A DNA stretch of 64,000 bases from Waterburya sp. (GTDB lineage Bacteria; Cyanobacteriota; Cyanobacteriia; Cyanobacteriales; Xenococcaceae): contig CBDCJV010000002.1 in NCBI GenBank assembly GCA_965217895.1, positions 3,168,001-3,232,000 of the forward strand. Direction: 5' to 3'. The notes under the pieces are model-generated. The model saw nothing but the letters and a program-made list of their open reading frames with translations, did no database searches and was not told the DNA's origin. The position numbers and the translations under genes were made by a program. Of the stretch, positions 19,940 to 30,015 are shown in pieces. The number at the start of each line of letters is the position of its first letter. Position 1 is the stretch's first letter.

Positions 19940-21298
19940 TTATTTCTCCTGCTCCCTACTGCCTAGCCAAAAAGGATTAACTCCCCGTTCGGCTAATACT
20001 GTCCAGGCGGTTGCACCAACATGAAGGCTGCGAAAATAAAGCCAGGGATTACCATCAGGCTGAACAAAACCCGTGGTCAAGGTGGTTTTATTGGTAGTGG
20101 GCATTCCACCTGATGGCTCTTGTCCAGCTTCAAGCATTGCCAAGACAGCCTCAGCTTTTCGGGGTTGATTTGTTGCTTGATATGCCAATGCCATTTGTGC
20201 CGTACCTTCGTACCAAATACCGTCCCTGTCTTGGTTAAAATCAAAACCCCCTGCAACTTTGTGATGCTGTTCGGCATATTCAAGACATTGCCAATAGGGT
20301 TTAGAGGTTGTTTTTAAAGCCAAAGGTGTCCAGGCTTGGGCATCTAAAGGAATGACTTCTCGGTAAATAGTGGCTCCATCGTCTTCTGTTCCCGTCCAAA
20401 AGTTGCCCGCGTCGCTATTCCACATAGCAAAGACAAACTGTTGAGCATAATTGGCTCGTTCTTGCCAAGCGGGTTCTTTGGTAAGCAGATAAAGTCGTGT
20501 AAAAGCTGCATAGAGATCGAGGTTGTGTTCGGTAGACTTGTAGCTCAACTTTGTTTGTTGCCCTTCCCAACCTGTGTAGCCTCCTGTATAGCCCCCCGCA
20601 CCCCTTAAATCGCGACAGTTTTGTTCGATCCACTGCCCAAGGGCGATCGCCGATTCTAAATATTCTTCTCCTCCATAGCTTTGGTAATATCCTAGTAATG
20701 CCAGCATTGCCCAGGCAACGTTGCCCGTATGAGTACTAACGTTAAACTCGTTTTCTTGCCAGCTTTTAGTAGACTCGTCATATTTGCCAGGAAGTAAAAA
20801 AGAAGTTGAGTCAGGATCAAATTTGCCTCCCTTGTAAGCATTGCGAATTCGTCCATCATGAAAAAAGCGATCGCCTTTTTGGGCTGCGACTAGAGTATTG
20901 ACTATTTGTTTGGCTCGTTCTCGGTCATCCGAAGCGATAAAAGCCAAAGCAGCAACGGCATTGTCATAGGTAAAAGCTACCTTTTGGGAAATCGAATCGA
21001 ACTCAGGACTGTTATCAATTGCTGCATAGCTAACCATAAAACCAAAGTCTTTTTTGCTGCTATCTTTACTGCTATTCTTATCAGTTTGGGTTGTTGTCAA
21101 AGAGCGATCAAATACTTCTGCTAGATAGCTATAGCTGTTGTTTTTTACTGTGGAATCAACAGAAAAATTATCGAAACCTATTAAAACAGTAATTGTAATT
21201 AAAACCAGACAAGAAAATTGAATAAGCCAGTGCGATCGCTTATAAATAGATTTTTGGAAATTATTAGTTAATAAAAACATTATTAAGTACCCAAACAA
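19940..21298 (-). CDS. membrane-anchored/secreted glycosidase-like protein, probable (alpha/alpha)6 fold
   Basis: N-terminal TM helix; YDNA.A..A, GN.AW...AL, STEHN.D.YA.F, W.EGTAQ..LA, H..ATAW motifs; follows the GT2 gene. Confidence 0.6.
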   Translation of the reverse strand: MFGYLIMFLLTNNFQKSIYKRSHWLIQFSCLVLITITVLIGFDNFSVDSTVKNNSYSYLAEVFDRSLTTTQTDKNSSKDSSKKDFGFMVSYAAIDNSPEFDSISQKVAFTYDNAVAALAFIASDDRERAKQIVNTLVAAQKGDRFFHDGRIRNAYKGGKFDPDSTSFLLPGKYDESTKSWQENEFNVSTHTGNVAWAMLALLGYYQSYGGEEYLESAIALGQWIEQNCRDLRGAGGYTGGYTGWEGQQTKLSYKSTEHNLDLYAAFTRLYLLTKEPAWQERANYAQQFVFAMWNSDAGNFWTGTEDDGATIYREVIPLDAQAWTPLALKTTSKPYWQCLEYAEQHHKVAGGFDFNQDRDGIWYEGTAQMALAYQATNQPRKAEAVLAMLEAGQEPSGGMPTTNKTTLTTGFVQPDGNPWLYFRSLHVGATAWTVLAERGVNPFWLGSREQEK

Positions 21299-21415
21299 AA
21301 TAAATTACACATTTAATTTCCCCTTTTCCCTTTTCCCTTTTCCCTAAAACAGTATATGCGGACAAGTTCTTTAGCTAAAAAACTATGGGTTTCAAAGTAG
21401 ATGCGATTTATATAG

Positions 21416-23590
21416 CTAATTATTAAAATTTCTAGTTAAAGGATAAATACGAAAGATTGAACTAATCAAAGACCAGACAGATTTAACCTCACTGATTGAT
21501 TGTTTTTGCCATCGATTTGGTTGACCAAAAATAAAGCTAACTAATTTTCTTTGTTTACTCAGATCTAATTCAACAAAATCGATTTCTGCTAATAAGTTGC
21601 TTTGTCGATCTAAATTAACTTTGTCGATTGAAACAGGAGCATTAAATAAACCAATCTCAGGAATGTTTAAAGTAGCAATTCGCTCTACAGCATTTAAAGA
21701 AGTGAGATTGTTAATATTAAAAAAAGTTGTTGCGCCATGCTCAGATAAGCTTTTGGTAGTGCCGTCAAGTATTCTATCCTCGAACGTTAGTTGACAATTT
21801 AGCTGACAGGGAAAGCGAATTGCTAAAACTTTTTGGGGTACGTCGATCGCAATCAAGATTGCAATAAATAAAATGGCGGTGTTATAAATAGCCCAAAACA
21901 AACCAATACCAACTGAATCTAAATCTTGTTGCCATTGCCAGTTAAGAAACTGAGTGCCAATAGTTACTAAATAAAGCAGAAACAAGATTATTAAAGGGCT
22001 GGCAGCCTGCCAATTTAAGACGGCTTTTTTTGAGAATACTCCTTTAGGAGTGACTTTAAAACCTTTACCAAAAGGATTAATTAAAGTATTGATCACCATA
22101 AAAGCGATGGGAAAGGCAATAATTGCTCCATATACTTCCGCCCAAAAAAACGAACGTCTGCTACCATTTAGCCAAGCGAAAACTACGGCAAAAGTAAAGT
22201 AATAAGGCATAAAAAAGAACAGCAGTTCGCTAAAGCTAGCTTGAATAGGTGCAATTCCCCACCAAAAGTACCCTAGAGGTAAACACAGAAAAACGACATA
22301 GGCAGCAGATTGAAACCAGTAGAGAATGCCCAAGCCGTGAATAAAACGCTGTAACCAGTTCAAACCTGGCAAGATAAAAGGATTAGCTCGACAAAATAAA
22401 GTTTGAATCGTTCCCTGTCCCCAACGTAAACGCTGATCGATATAGCCACCAATATTTTCCGCTGCTAGTCCTGCTGAGAGAGATTCATTTAGATAAATAA
22501 CGCGATCGCCTATTGCCTGAATCTTGAGAGAGGTTACAAAGTCTTCAGTCAAAGTTTCGGTGGGAATACCGCCGATCTTGTCTAAAACTCGACGACGCAC
22601 CACGAAAGAAGAACCACAGCAGATAACTGAATTAGCTGCATCACGACCTGAGAGAATCGCCCCAAAAAAGATATCTTCGTCGTTGGTAATAACGCTTTGC
22701 AAGCCCAAATTATGTCGGATGGGGTCGCTATTGTAGTAGGCTTTGTTGGTTTGTACCAGAGCAATATCTGACTGTTGAAAAAAGCCAATGGTGCGGGTCA
22801 GAAAGTTGCGTGTAGGAATAAAGTCGCAGTCAAATACGGCTACTAATTCGCCCTGGATTTGTCCTAAAGCGTGGTTAATATTACCTGCTTTAGCGTGACG
22901 GTTATCGGGACGAGTAATATAATAACAGCCCAATTCTTGAGCCAAATCTCTCATTTCCCGTCGGCGCAGATCATCAAGGAGATAAATTCGTTTGTGGGCA
23001 TAGTCCATTCCCTGACAGCCAATAATTGTTCGGCGCAGCATAGCAGCAGGCTCGTTATAGGTAGGGACGAGAACATCTATCCAGGGAGTATATTCCCCTT
23101 GCAATACAGCTTGGGATCTAAAATCTGCCTCGATAGCGCGATCGCGTTCAAAAACAGCCAATAACAGCGAAGAAATACCCAAAATCCAGCCTAAAATCTC
23201 TAAAATTAACAGAAAAATACTGAGGGTGCCGTTGAGCAAGTTATCTAAATTGAGGGTGGCAAACAGTCGCCATAAAAAATAGCGTCCTAACAACAATAGC
23301 AAAATGCCCATTACTATCAATCGTAACCATTTTGGCGGATTTACTGGATATAGCTGAATAATGAGAAAAGTAACTGCAACCCCGACCAAACTAGGTAAAA
23401 TCAGAGAACTGGTTTCAGGTGCAACGCTGCCAAAAGTTAGCTGACTACCCTGCCAAAAACTAGACAATTCGGCAGTTGTTCCCCACCAATTTATTTTTGT
23501 CAACAGCAGAAACAAAATTCCTCCTGTCGCCGTAACTACTATTCCCTGTTCGATCAATGTCCACCAACTAGCTTTTAGTTTATTTGCCAC
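21416..23590 (-). CDS. cellulose-synthase-like processive GT2 (BcsA/XcsA-like) with degenerate PilZ domain
   Basis: PTYNEP, LLDD, HAKAGN, FDCD, TED, QRLRW, F.VTPKG motifs; multiple TM helices. Confidence 0.9.
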   Translation of the reverse strand: MANKLKASWWTLIEQGIVVTATGGILFLLLTKINWWGTTAELSSFWQGSQLTFGSVAPETSSLILPSLVGVAVTFLIIQLYPVNPPKWLRLIVMGILLLLLGRYFLWRLFATLNLDNLLNGTLSIFLLILEILGWILGISSLLLAVFERDRAIEADFRSQAVLQGEYTPWIDVLVPTYNEPAAMLRRTIIGCQGMDYAHKRIYLLDDLRRREMRDLAQELGCYYITRPDNRHAKAGNINHALGQIQGELVAVFDCDFIPTRNFLTRTIGFFQQSDIALVQTNKAYYNSDPIRHNLGLQSVITNDEDIFFGAILSGRDAANSVICCGSSFVVRRRVLDKIGGIPTETLTEDFVTSLKIQAIGDRVIYLNESLSAGLAAENIGGYIDQRLRWGQGTIQTLFCRANPFILPGLNWLQRFIHGLGILYWFQSAAYVVFLCLPLGYFWWGIAPIQASFSELLFFFMPYYFTFAVVFAWLNGSRRSFFWAEVYGAIIAFPIAFMVINTLINPFGKGFKVTPKGVFSKKAVLNWQAASPLIILFLLYLVTIGTQFLNWQWQQDLDSVGIGLFWAIYNTAILFIAILIAIDVPQKVLAIRFPCQLNCQLTFEDRILDGTTKSLSEHGATTFFNINNLTSLNAVERIATLNIPEIGLFNAPVSIDKVNLDRQSNLLAEIDFVELDLSKQRKLVSFIFGQPNRWQKQSISEVKSVWSLISSIFRIYPLTRNFNN

Positions 23591-24929
23591 CGAACAATCC
23601 CCCTCTTATGTCACGTTTAAAAACTACTTCCGCACTACGTCCTACATCACAGAACTGTGTCGAATTAGCCTCAAGCGGTCGATCTAGCTTTACTCTTACT
23701 GCTACCTGACGGCGGACGCTATCTGGTGGCGGTACGGCAATATCTCCTCCTGTTTGAATCCGTCCCGAACCTGCCCGAACCGACTCAACTTTTCCACTGA
23801 CCAAATCACCATTTTCTGCACCCAATAAACGCACCTTGACAGGTTTACCTGGATAAATTTTTCCTGCATCCTGCTCGGAGAAAAAGGCTTCTACCCAAAG
23901 GTTTTGACAGTTTAATACCTCCAAAATGGGAACACTCGCTTCAGCGTATTCGCCCGATTTCGATTCCACCGACCAAATAGGACCACTGGTGGGACTAGGA
24001 ATCTTGGCCTGTTGATTGAGTGACAACTGGCGATCTATTTCAACTAATTCGGCCTCAGTAGTTTGCTGGCGCACCCTTGCTTCAGCAAGCTGCTGCTGCA
24101 TATCATTGATGTCAGTACTAAGTTCTCGCTGACGAATCTCTGAATATCCCAAAGTACGAGAACCTTCTAACTGTAATCCTGCTTGGGCTGCTTTTGCCTT
24201 TTGTTTGGCTTGGTTTACTTGCAATCGCGCATTTTTTACTTCGTTTTGAGCGCGATTAAAATTCAACTGAGATCTTTCTAACTTATCTTGAGAAAACACC
24301 CCCTGTTTAGCTAAATTAGTGATGCGTTCTAGCTCTTTTTTAGCAGTATTGGCAGCAAATAAAGCTCGATCTAGCTGATTTTTAGCAATATCTATTTGTT
24401 GATCTTCATAGTTCACTCCCAAGTCTTGTTGAGTGTTAGCTTCCTGCTCTAATTTAGCGATCGCTTTACGGCGATCGCCAATTTGCGCTTCAACACCAAG
24501 TACAGTTTGTTTTGCCTGTTCGATCTGGGAAATAAGACTTTGCTTGGTTACTTCAAGTTCACTGCTTTGACGTAAATTTTTTACCGTACCAATGTTTTCC
24601 CCGACAGAAATAGACTGACCTGGCTGGAGATTTTTTAGCTGTAAATTACCAGCAAGAGGATTGCGAACTTTGACAATTTCGGCATTAATAAATGCCTGAC
24701 GACTACGCACATTTGAATAGTTCTGCTGTACCATAAGTCCAACTGCTGTGGCTACACCCAATGCCATCACTAAACGTAAAGCTCGAAATGCTTTTACCCG
24801 CACAGGAACTGATGCAGGTGGTAGAGGTTTGTATTGAACCAGAGGTAGTTTCTCTAATCTGGTTAGAGATGTTTTAGATTCTGGTTCGGGCAATTCGGGT
24901 AATTTATTGGCTGATTTACGATTGGACAA
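23580..24929 (-). CDS. HlyD-family membrane fusion/periplasmic adaptor protein
   Basis: N-terminal TM, split lipoyl halves (V.NP..G / I.SP..G) around a long coiled coil; overlaps the GT2 start. Confidence 0.88.
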   Translation of the reverse strand: MSNRKSANKLPELPEPESKTSLTRLEKLPLVQYKPLPPASVPVRVKAFRALRLVMALGVATAVGLMVQQNYSNVRSRQAFINAEIVKVRNPLAGNLQLKNLQPGQSISVGENIGTVKNLRQSSELEVTKQSLISQIEQAKQTVLGVEAQIGDRRKAIAKLEQEANTQQDLGVNYEDQQIDIAKNQLDRALFAANTAKKELERITNLAKQGVFSQDKLERSQLNFNRAQNEVKNARLQVNQAKQKAKAAQAGLQLEGSRTLGYSEIRQRELSTDINDMQQQLAEARVRQQTTEAELVEIDRQLSLNQQAKIPSPTSGPIWSVESKSGEYAEASVPILEVLNCQNLWVEAFFSEQDAGKIYPGKPVKVRLLGAENGDLVSGKVESVRAGSGRIQTGGDIAVPPPDSVRRQVAVRVKLDRPLEANSTQFCDVGRSAEVVFKRDIRGGLFGGK

Positions 24930-24974
24930 GCTTCTCTCCCCAATTACTTATTTAAAATATTCAAAAAAAACCTT

Positions 24975-25991
24975 TTAGGCGATCGCAACCCGATTGGAAG
25001 GTGTATCCTCTCCTGTAGCTGATTTAGCAAAACAATTGTGAGCATCAAAAAACTTTAGTTGTCGATAGAGCATTGATACTTGGGGCATCTGTATCCCTAC
25101 CTGCCAAGCCGTTCGTAAGGGATTACCAAAAATAGCCTCTACTTCAAGCGATCGCCCTTGATTAAAATCGATTTTCATGCTGGTTTCATAGTCTTTCATC
25201 GCTGCACTTTGTTTAATTCGTTTTTGAACGAACACTTCGGGAATATAGCGACCATAAGCCTTGGCTGCGGTAACTATTTCCGCCATTAACTGTTCGATAG
25301 AAGTGCGAACGTGAGCGTTATTAAACATTTCTTGATTGGTAGAATTCAAAACCACCGAAAGACCATTAACAGGGATATTGCAGATTAGCTTTTGCCAACG
25401 AGCCAAAAATAAGTCTTCATGTAGCTGAATCATCACATCAGCTAGAGCAAAGTCGGCTGCAATCTGACACATTCTGCTACTGACTCCCGCAGCACGATAG
25501 CCAGGAACATAATCTGCTAAGGTAATCAAACCATAGTCGAGATGACGAATATGTCCTGGTGCGATCTTATAGTTCAGAGTAAAACAAACGCCTCCCATCA
25601 CGCGATCGCTACCTATAATCTCAGCAATCTCCTCTTCCATACCCCAGCCATTTTGCAGCACCAGCACCACGCCGTTATTTTTAAGAACTTGAGGCAAGAT
25701 TTGGGGCAGTAAATGATTACTGGTAGTTTTGAGAGCAACAATAACTACATCACAAGGAGGCATCTGGCTAGCGTTGTTGTAAGCTCGAACAGAAGGTAAA
25801 GTAAAATCGCCGTCGGGAGATTCAATAATCAATCCGTGTTGGCAAACGTGGCTAAAATCGCGATTTAACAGAAAATGTACGTCAAAGCCCGCTCTTTGTA
25901 AACAAGCACCGTAGAAAGCACCGATCGCTCCAGTGCCAATAATGGCGTAGCTACGACGGTCATCGGTCGTTGAGCATTTATCATTTATCAT
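24975..25991 (-). CDS. 2-dehydropantoate 2-reductase (ApbA/PanE)-family oxidoreductase
   Basis: IIGTGAIG..YG, LQNG.G.EE, W.KL..N...N, TSM..D...GR.LE.EAI. Confidence 0.9.
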   Translation of the reverse strand: MINDKCSTTDDRRSYAIIGTGAIGAFYGACLQRAGFDVHFLLNRDFSHVCQHGLIIESPDGDFTLPSVRAYNNASQMPPCDVVIVALKTTSNHLLPQILPQVLKNNGVVLVLQNGWGMEEEIAEIIGSDRVMGGVCFTLNYKIAPGHIRHLDYGLITLADYVPGYRAAGVSSRMCQIAADFALADVMIQLHEDLFLARWQKLICNIPVNGLSVVLNSTNQEMFNNAHVRTSIEQLMAEIVTAAKAYGRYIPEVFVQKRIKQSAAMKDYETSMKIDFNQGRSLEVEAIFGNPLRTAWQVGIQMPQVSMLYRQLKFFDAHNCFAKSATGEDTPSNRVAIA

Positions 25992-26785
25992 TTGCCAGTA
26001 TTCCTACTTCCTACAGAAACGCCTAAGCAAAATTCTTTAATCTCTCGCGCTACTTTGGCTGGTTGTTCTACCTGTAAATAGTGACCCGCATCGGCAATGT
26101 TCACCAAATGGGCATTAGGCATTTGTTTGGCTAACAATTTTCCTTTGCGGGGAGAAATAATTACATCATCACCGCCAGTTAAAATCAAGGCGGGAATTCG
26201 TACAGAAGAGATCGCCTCACTTAAATCGATTTGACTAATACCCATAAAGTCATTCGCAGCTTTGCTCAAACGAGTATGTTTAAACTCATTTAAAACCAAA
26301 TTTTTGACCTCTTCTGGTACTTCAGGGGCAAAACTTTGCCCTAGGGTTGCCAAATCCCATTCTCCACTGATAGCCGATGCCCAAAAGTCGGGATGAAGCT
26401 GAATCTTGGCTGCTGTGGTCATCAAAATTAGTCGTGTGACTCGTTGAGGATAAGACAAGGCAAACTGTAGCCCGATCAAACCGCCCAATGATTGACCAAC
26501 GTAGCAAATTGGCTGTTCGATATTTAGTGCCGTCAAGAAAGCTGCTAAAAAATCGGCAACCTCTGTTAAAGAATTAGGAACTGTTCCAGATGTGTTCCCG
26601 TGTCCTGGCAAGTCTACCGCTATCGAACAAATACTACTATCCAATTGAGACATCATTGGCAACCAATGACGGCTACTGCCCCCCGCCCCGTGTACCAGCA
26701 ACATCAAGGATTCTGTATCAGGACTAGGTAATCCTTGAGGGGCTATATAATTGACGTTGTAATCTGCAACTTTTATTGATGGCAT
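25988..26785 (-). CDS. alpha/beta hydrolase
   Basis: HGAGG, DLPGHG, GQSLG nucleophile elbow, G..D, AGH. Confidence 0.9.
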   Translation of the reverse strand: MPSIKVADYNVNYIAPQGLPSPDTESLMLLVHGAGGSSRHWLPMMSQLDSSICSIAVDLPGHGNTSGTVPNSLTEVADFLAAFLTALNIEQPICYVGQSLGGLIGLQFALSYPQRVTRLILMTTAAKIQLHPDFWASAISGEWDLATLGQSFAPEVPEEVKNLVLNEFKHTRLSKAANDFMGISQIDLSEAISSVRIPALILTGGDDVIISPRKGKLLAKQMPNAHLVNIADAGHYLQVEQPAKVAREIKEFCLGVSVGSRNTGK

Positions 26786-26872
26786 AATTTTAAAAGGATG
26801 AGGAATAAGGAAAGAAGTGCAGCTATGGCAAGAAGGCTAAAAAACTAACCGCTACTCTTTACTTGCTACTTC

Positions 26873-28252
26873 CTACTCCCTACTCTCCCGTACGCGCGAA
26901 CGGCCGTTCGCCCGTACTTCTGACTTCTCTTCAGATTCCATCACAATACTAGACAGCATCGTGTTCATCTTATTGACTGATTCAATATATTCTTTTTCGG
27001 GAACAGATTCGCCGACGATTCCCGCCCCAGCATTAAGATACACGCTGTCACCATATTGATATGCCGAACGAATGGCGATCGCAATATCTGCCGTACCGTC
27101 GCTATCTACCCAGCCAATGCCACCTGCATAGAGTCCTCTGGGTCGATCTTCAAGGCGATCAATCCACTCCAAAGCCAGTTTTTTATTAATTCCTGAAACG
27201 GTAATCCCAGGAAATAGCACCTTCAAAGCATCCCACAGAGATTTGTCAGTTTTAAGCTGTCCGCCAACCCGCGAGGAAAGATGTTGAACGGTACGATATT
27301 TTTTAACTTCCATAAAGTCAAATACCTGTACGGTTTCTGGTTGACATACTTGCGTCACCTCTTTTTGAGCTAGCCAAACAGATAAAGCGTGTTCTTTAAC
27401 TTCTTTAGCATCGGTAAACAGTTCATCATGGAGCAAAGCATCTTTGGCGGGATCGGCTTCGCGATGTCTAGTTCCCGCTAAAGGATTAGTAATTACAAAT
27501 CCGCTAGCATTGACCTCCATCAAAATCTCAGGACTAAAACCAACCGAACGCACATCTCCTAACTTAAAACAGTAAGAACGAGCCGAGTTGTTGACCGCAG
27601 CACCCATGTTATAAGTACCCAGTACGTCTAAGTTGCCTTTGACTTCTACTGAACGAGAGATAATTGCCTTGTGTAATTCGCCCCGTTGAATTGCCGAAAC
27701 TAGATCGCCGACTCTTGACTCATATTCTTGGTTGTCCCCTGGTTCTGCCTTTGGCGGGGTTACTTGATATTCTGGCTGTTGAACTTCAACAGATATTGCC
27801 TCTAATAGTTTCGAGGGAGAATTGATGCTACGAATATGTACTCCTTTATCTGTAATTCGTAGCTCAATTTCTGGCACAAAAAAATAAAGCATCGGCTGGG
27901 AGATCGCCTTTGAGTATGCCGAATAGAACCGAGCAATATCAAAACCGACATAGCCATAAGCCGTCCAATTTTCTACGGGTAGATGACTCAACACCGACTC
28001 TACCTGCTTGAGCGGATCGCTGACAGCTTCAGAATAAGTTTCACCTAAATAGTTACTGTAAATTGTGTCCGTTCCCACCGCCACATCAGCCAAGGGATTA
28101 GCAACAATACGCACCTCGTTTTCCTGCTCATACAGCATATAGTCAGTGAATATATCGGCTGCGATCGCATTCCTCAGCAGCATCTGAGGGTCAGTTTTAC
28201 CTGGAACAAAGACTTCGTGATAGGTCTGTAAATTATCGGCTAGTAAATACAT
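26873..28252 (-). CDS. salicylate synthase (Irp9/MbtI-like chorismate-utilising enzyme)
   Basis: GFSPE, TNPLAGTR, D.KEV.EH..SV, VQHL.S.V.G, LFP.IT.SGI.K, RGLY.G, AGAGI. Confidence 0.88.
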   Translation of the reverse strand: MYLLADNLQTYHEVFVPGKTDPQMLLRNAIAADIFTDYMLYEQENEVRIVANPLADVAVGTDTIYSNYLGETYSEAVSDPLKQVESVLSHLPVENWTAYGYVGFDIARFYSAYSKAISQPMLYFFVPEIELRITDKGVHIRSINSPSKLLEAISVEVQQPEYQVTPPKAEPGDNQEYESRVGDLVSAIQRGELHKAIISRSVEVKGNLDVLGTYNMGAAVNNSARSYCFKLGDVRSVGFSPEILMEVNASGFVITNPLAGTRHREADPAKDALLHDELFTDAKEVKEHALSVWLAQKEVTQVCQPETVQVFDFMEVKKYRTVQHLSSRVGGQLKTDKSLWDALKVLFPGITVSGINKKLALEWIDRLEDRPRGLYAGGIGWVDSDGTADIAIAIRSAYQYGDSVYLNAGAGIVGESVPEKEYIESVNKMNTMLSSIVMESEEKSEVRANGRSRVRESRE

Positions 28253-28290
28253 GATTAGTTGTTAGTTGTTGATTAAGGAAAAAAATAGTA

Positions 28291-28785
28291 TTAAACGGCA
28301 ACTGTTTGTGGTTTTGATTCTTCGGCAGTCCAAGCTTCAACTGCTTCTTTAATTGCCTGCATCTGAACTTTTGTATTGCGATTGAGAAATGACTCCATTT
28401 TTTCTACTGCCCATGCGCCTTCTGCTGGTGCAAATTTCTGCTCCCAGGTCATGACTGTACCGACGTTTTGCGGTAGCTCCTCATAAGTCCAGTAGATTTT
28501 CATCATCTCAAATGGAAAAGCCTGCTTGACTCGTTGCGCTTCGGCTTTTTTGCCAGGCTTATCGATGATGCGAGTCGAAACCCAAGTGCGAGAAGGATGA
28601 TCCTCTTCGGGAAAAGTAGTCAGTTGAAACGTTACTTTGTTGCCGTCTCTTTCTAAAACTTTGGCTTCTTCATACTCAGTAAATAGCTGAGGCCATAGTT
28701 CGATATTATTAGTCAAATCAAAAACGGTATCAAAGTCTTTGAGGATGACAATGGTATTGTGAGTGTATCCAGGTAATTCTGACAT
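28291..28785 (-). CDS. SRPBCC polyketide aromatase/cyclase (TcmN/WhiE-VI-like)
   Basis: WPQLFTEY....VL, W.S.R, PF..M.I.W.Y, M.W.Q.F, NT..QM motifs. Confidence 0.9.
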   Translation of the reverse strand: MSELPGYTHNTIVILKDFDTVFDLTNNIELWPQLFTEYEEAKVLERDGNKVTFQLTTFPEEDHPSRTWVSTRIIDKPGKKAEAQRVKQAFPFEMMKIYWTYEELPQNVGTVMTWEQKFAPAEGAWAVEKMESFLNRNTKVQMQAIKEAVEAWTAEESKPQTVAV

Positions 28786-28850
28786 TTATTTGTTGCTCCT
28801 ATTTAAATTTATTAATTGAAAAAAAACAGAGGTGTTGTAGAGCTACTTCC

Positions 28851-28878
28851 GTACGGGCGATTCGCGAATCGCCCGTAC
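28851..28878. repeat. 28-bp perfect palindrome, REP-like
   Basis: gtacgggcgattcgcgaatcgcccgtac; variants at 26890-26917 and 30427-30454. Confidence 0.85.
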
Positions 28879-28913
28879 TGTACTTATTACTTTTCTCTTT
28901 ATCCCTCATTGCT

Positions 28914-29699
28914 TTAGGGAACTATTCCTACCGCCCGAACCCAGCTAGCGTCTAGGTCTTTGATCTTTAAAGGAAAACAGGATACCTGAAAGCCCGTAGA
29001 GGGCAAACTATCTAAATTTGCTAGGCGTTCGATCTGGATGTATTCTCGTTCTCGTCCGTAAAAGTGTGCCGGCCAAAGGTTAGCGCGATCGCCTGTTTCC
29101 CAGAAGTCTTCGAGCATGGTTACAAAGGGGCGATCGAATCCATAGGTATCGATGCCGATCACTTTAATTCCCTGTTTTACCAGCCATTCGGTAGCCTCAC
29201 GGCTCATCCCAGGAGCGTCGCTAAAGTATTCCCGTTTGCCCCACAGCTTATCTGTTCCCGTCCAAAGTAAAACTATGTCTAAAGGTTTTAGTTCGTGTTG
29301 GGCTTGCTGGAGAGCGTTTTGAATATCCTCAACGGTGATAAATTCTCCCGCTTTTTTATGAGTTAAATCTAAACGAACTCCAGGACGATAAAACCAATCT
29401 AGAGGGAGAAGGTCTACGCTGCGAGCGGGTTGACCTTCACTCTCCACACCATAGTGAATTGGTGCATCAATATGAGTACCCATGTGGGTGGGTAAGGTTA
29501 CCGTATCGAGGGTAATAAAAGCGCGATCGGGAAAATCTTCTACCCCTAGGCGACGAGGATCGGATTTAGCTTGGTTACGAGCTTCTACCTTGCCGCAAAA
29601 CTCCTTTGCCCCTCGATAATGATCCAGTCGGTCTACCTTTATTTCTAAAGGTTCAGAAACCGAATTTTCGACTAAGACACTAAGATCGACTAGCTGCAC
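28914..29699 (-). CDS. metal-dependent cyclase family protein (kynurenine-formamidase-like polyketide cyclase)
   Basis: H.GTH.DAP.HYG, IG.D..GFD.PF, LWPAH..GR..EY.QIERLANL, FP.K....A.W.RA; probable GTG start at 29699 (VQLVDLS). Confidence 0.88.
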   Translation of the reverse strand: MQLVDLSVLVENSVSEPLEIKVDRLDHYRGAKEFCGKVEARNQAKSDPRRLGVEDFPDRAFITLDTVTLPTHMGTHIDAPIHYGVESEGQPARSVDLLPLDWFYRPGVRLDLTHKKAGEFITVEDIQNALQQAQHELKPLDIVLLWTGTDKLWGKREYFSDAPGMSREATEWLVKQGIKVIGIDTYGFDRPFVTMLEDFWETGDRANLWPAHFYGREREYIQIERLANLDSLPSTGFQVSCFPLKIKDLDASWVRAVGIVP

Positions 29700-30015
29700 T
29701 TTCAGTTTGCTCCTGTTTCTGCATATATGCCTCAATGTGGATCATTGCTTCATCGAGAGCCAAGTTAGTATCGGTAATGCCGACAATTGGTAGGGCTAGT
29801 AAGATAGCTGCAATGATTTCTTCTTTAGTCGCCCCTTCTTCCATCGCTCGTTCGACGTGGGTATTAATACCTCGTAGACCACGATGAGCAGCAAAAATGC
29901 CTAAGATGATTAATTCATTGGTTTTCATCCCCAAGGGAGAATATTCTCTGGCAGATTTAGCTAGATCGAAAAAGCTTTGAGCCACTTCGGGGGCTTCTTT
30001 CATCATGTTTTTCAT
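29680..30015 (-). CDS. carboxymuconolactone decarboxylase/AhpD-like protein (no CxxC)
   Basis: L..K..ELI, H..RA...GAT.EEI pattern. Confidence 0.8.
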   Translation of the reverse strand: MKNMMKEAPEVAQSFFDLAKSAREYSPLGMKTNELIILGIFAAHRGLRGINTHVERAMEEGATKEEIIAAILLALPIVGITDTNLALDEAMIHIEAYMQKQEQTESAASRS

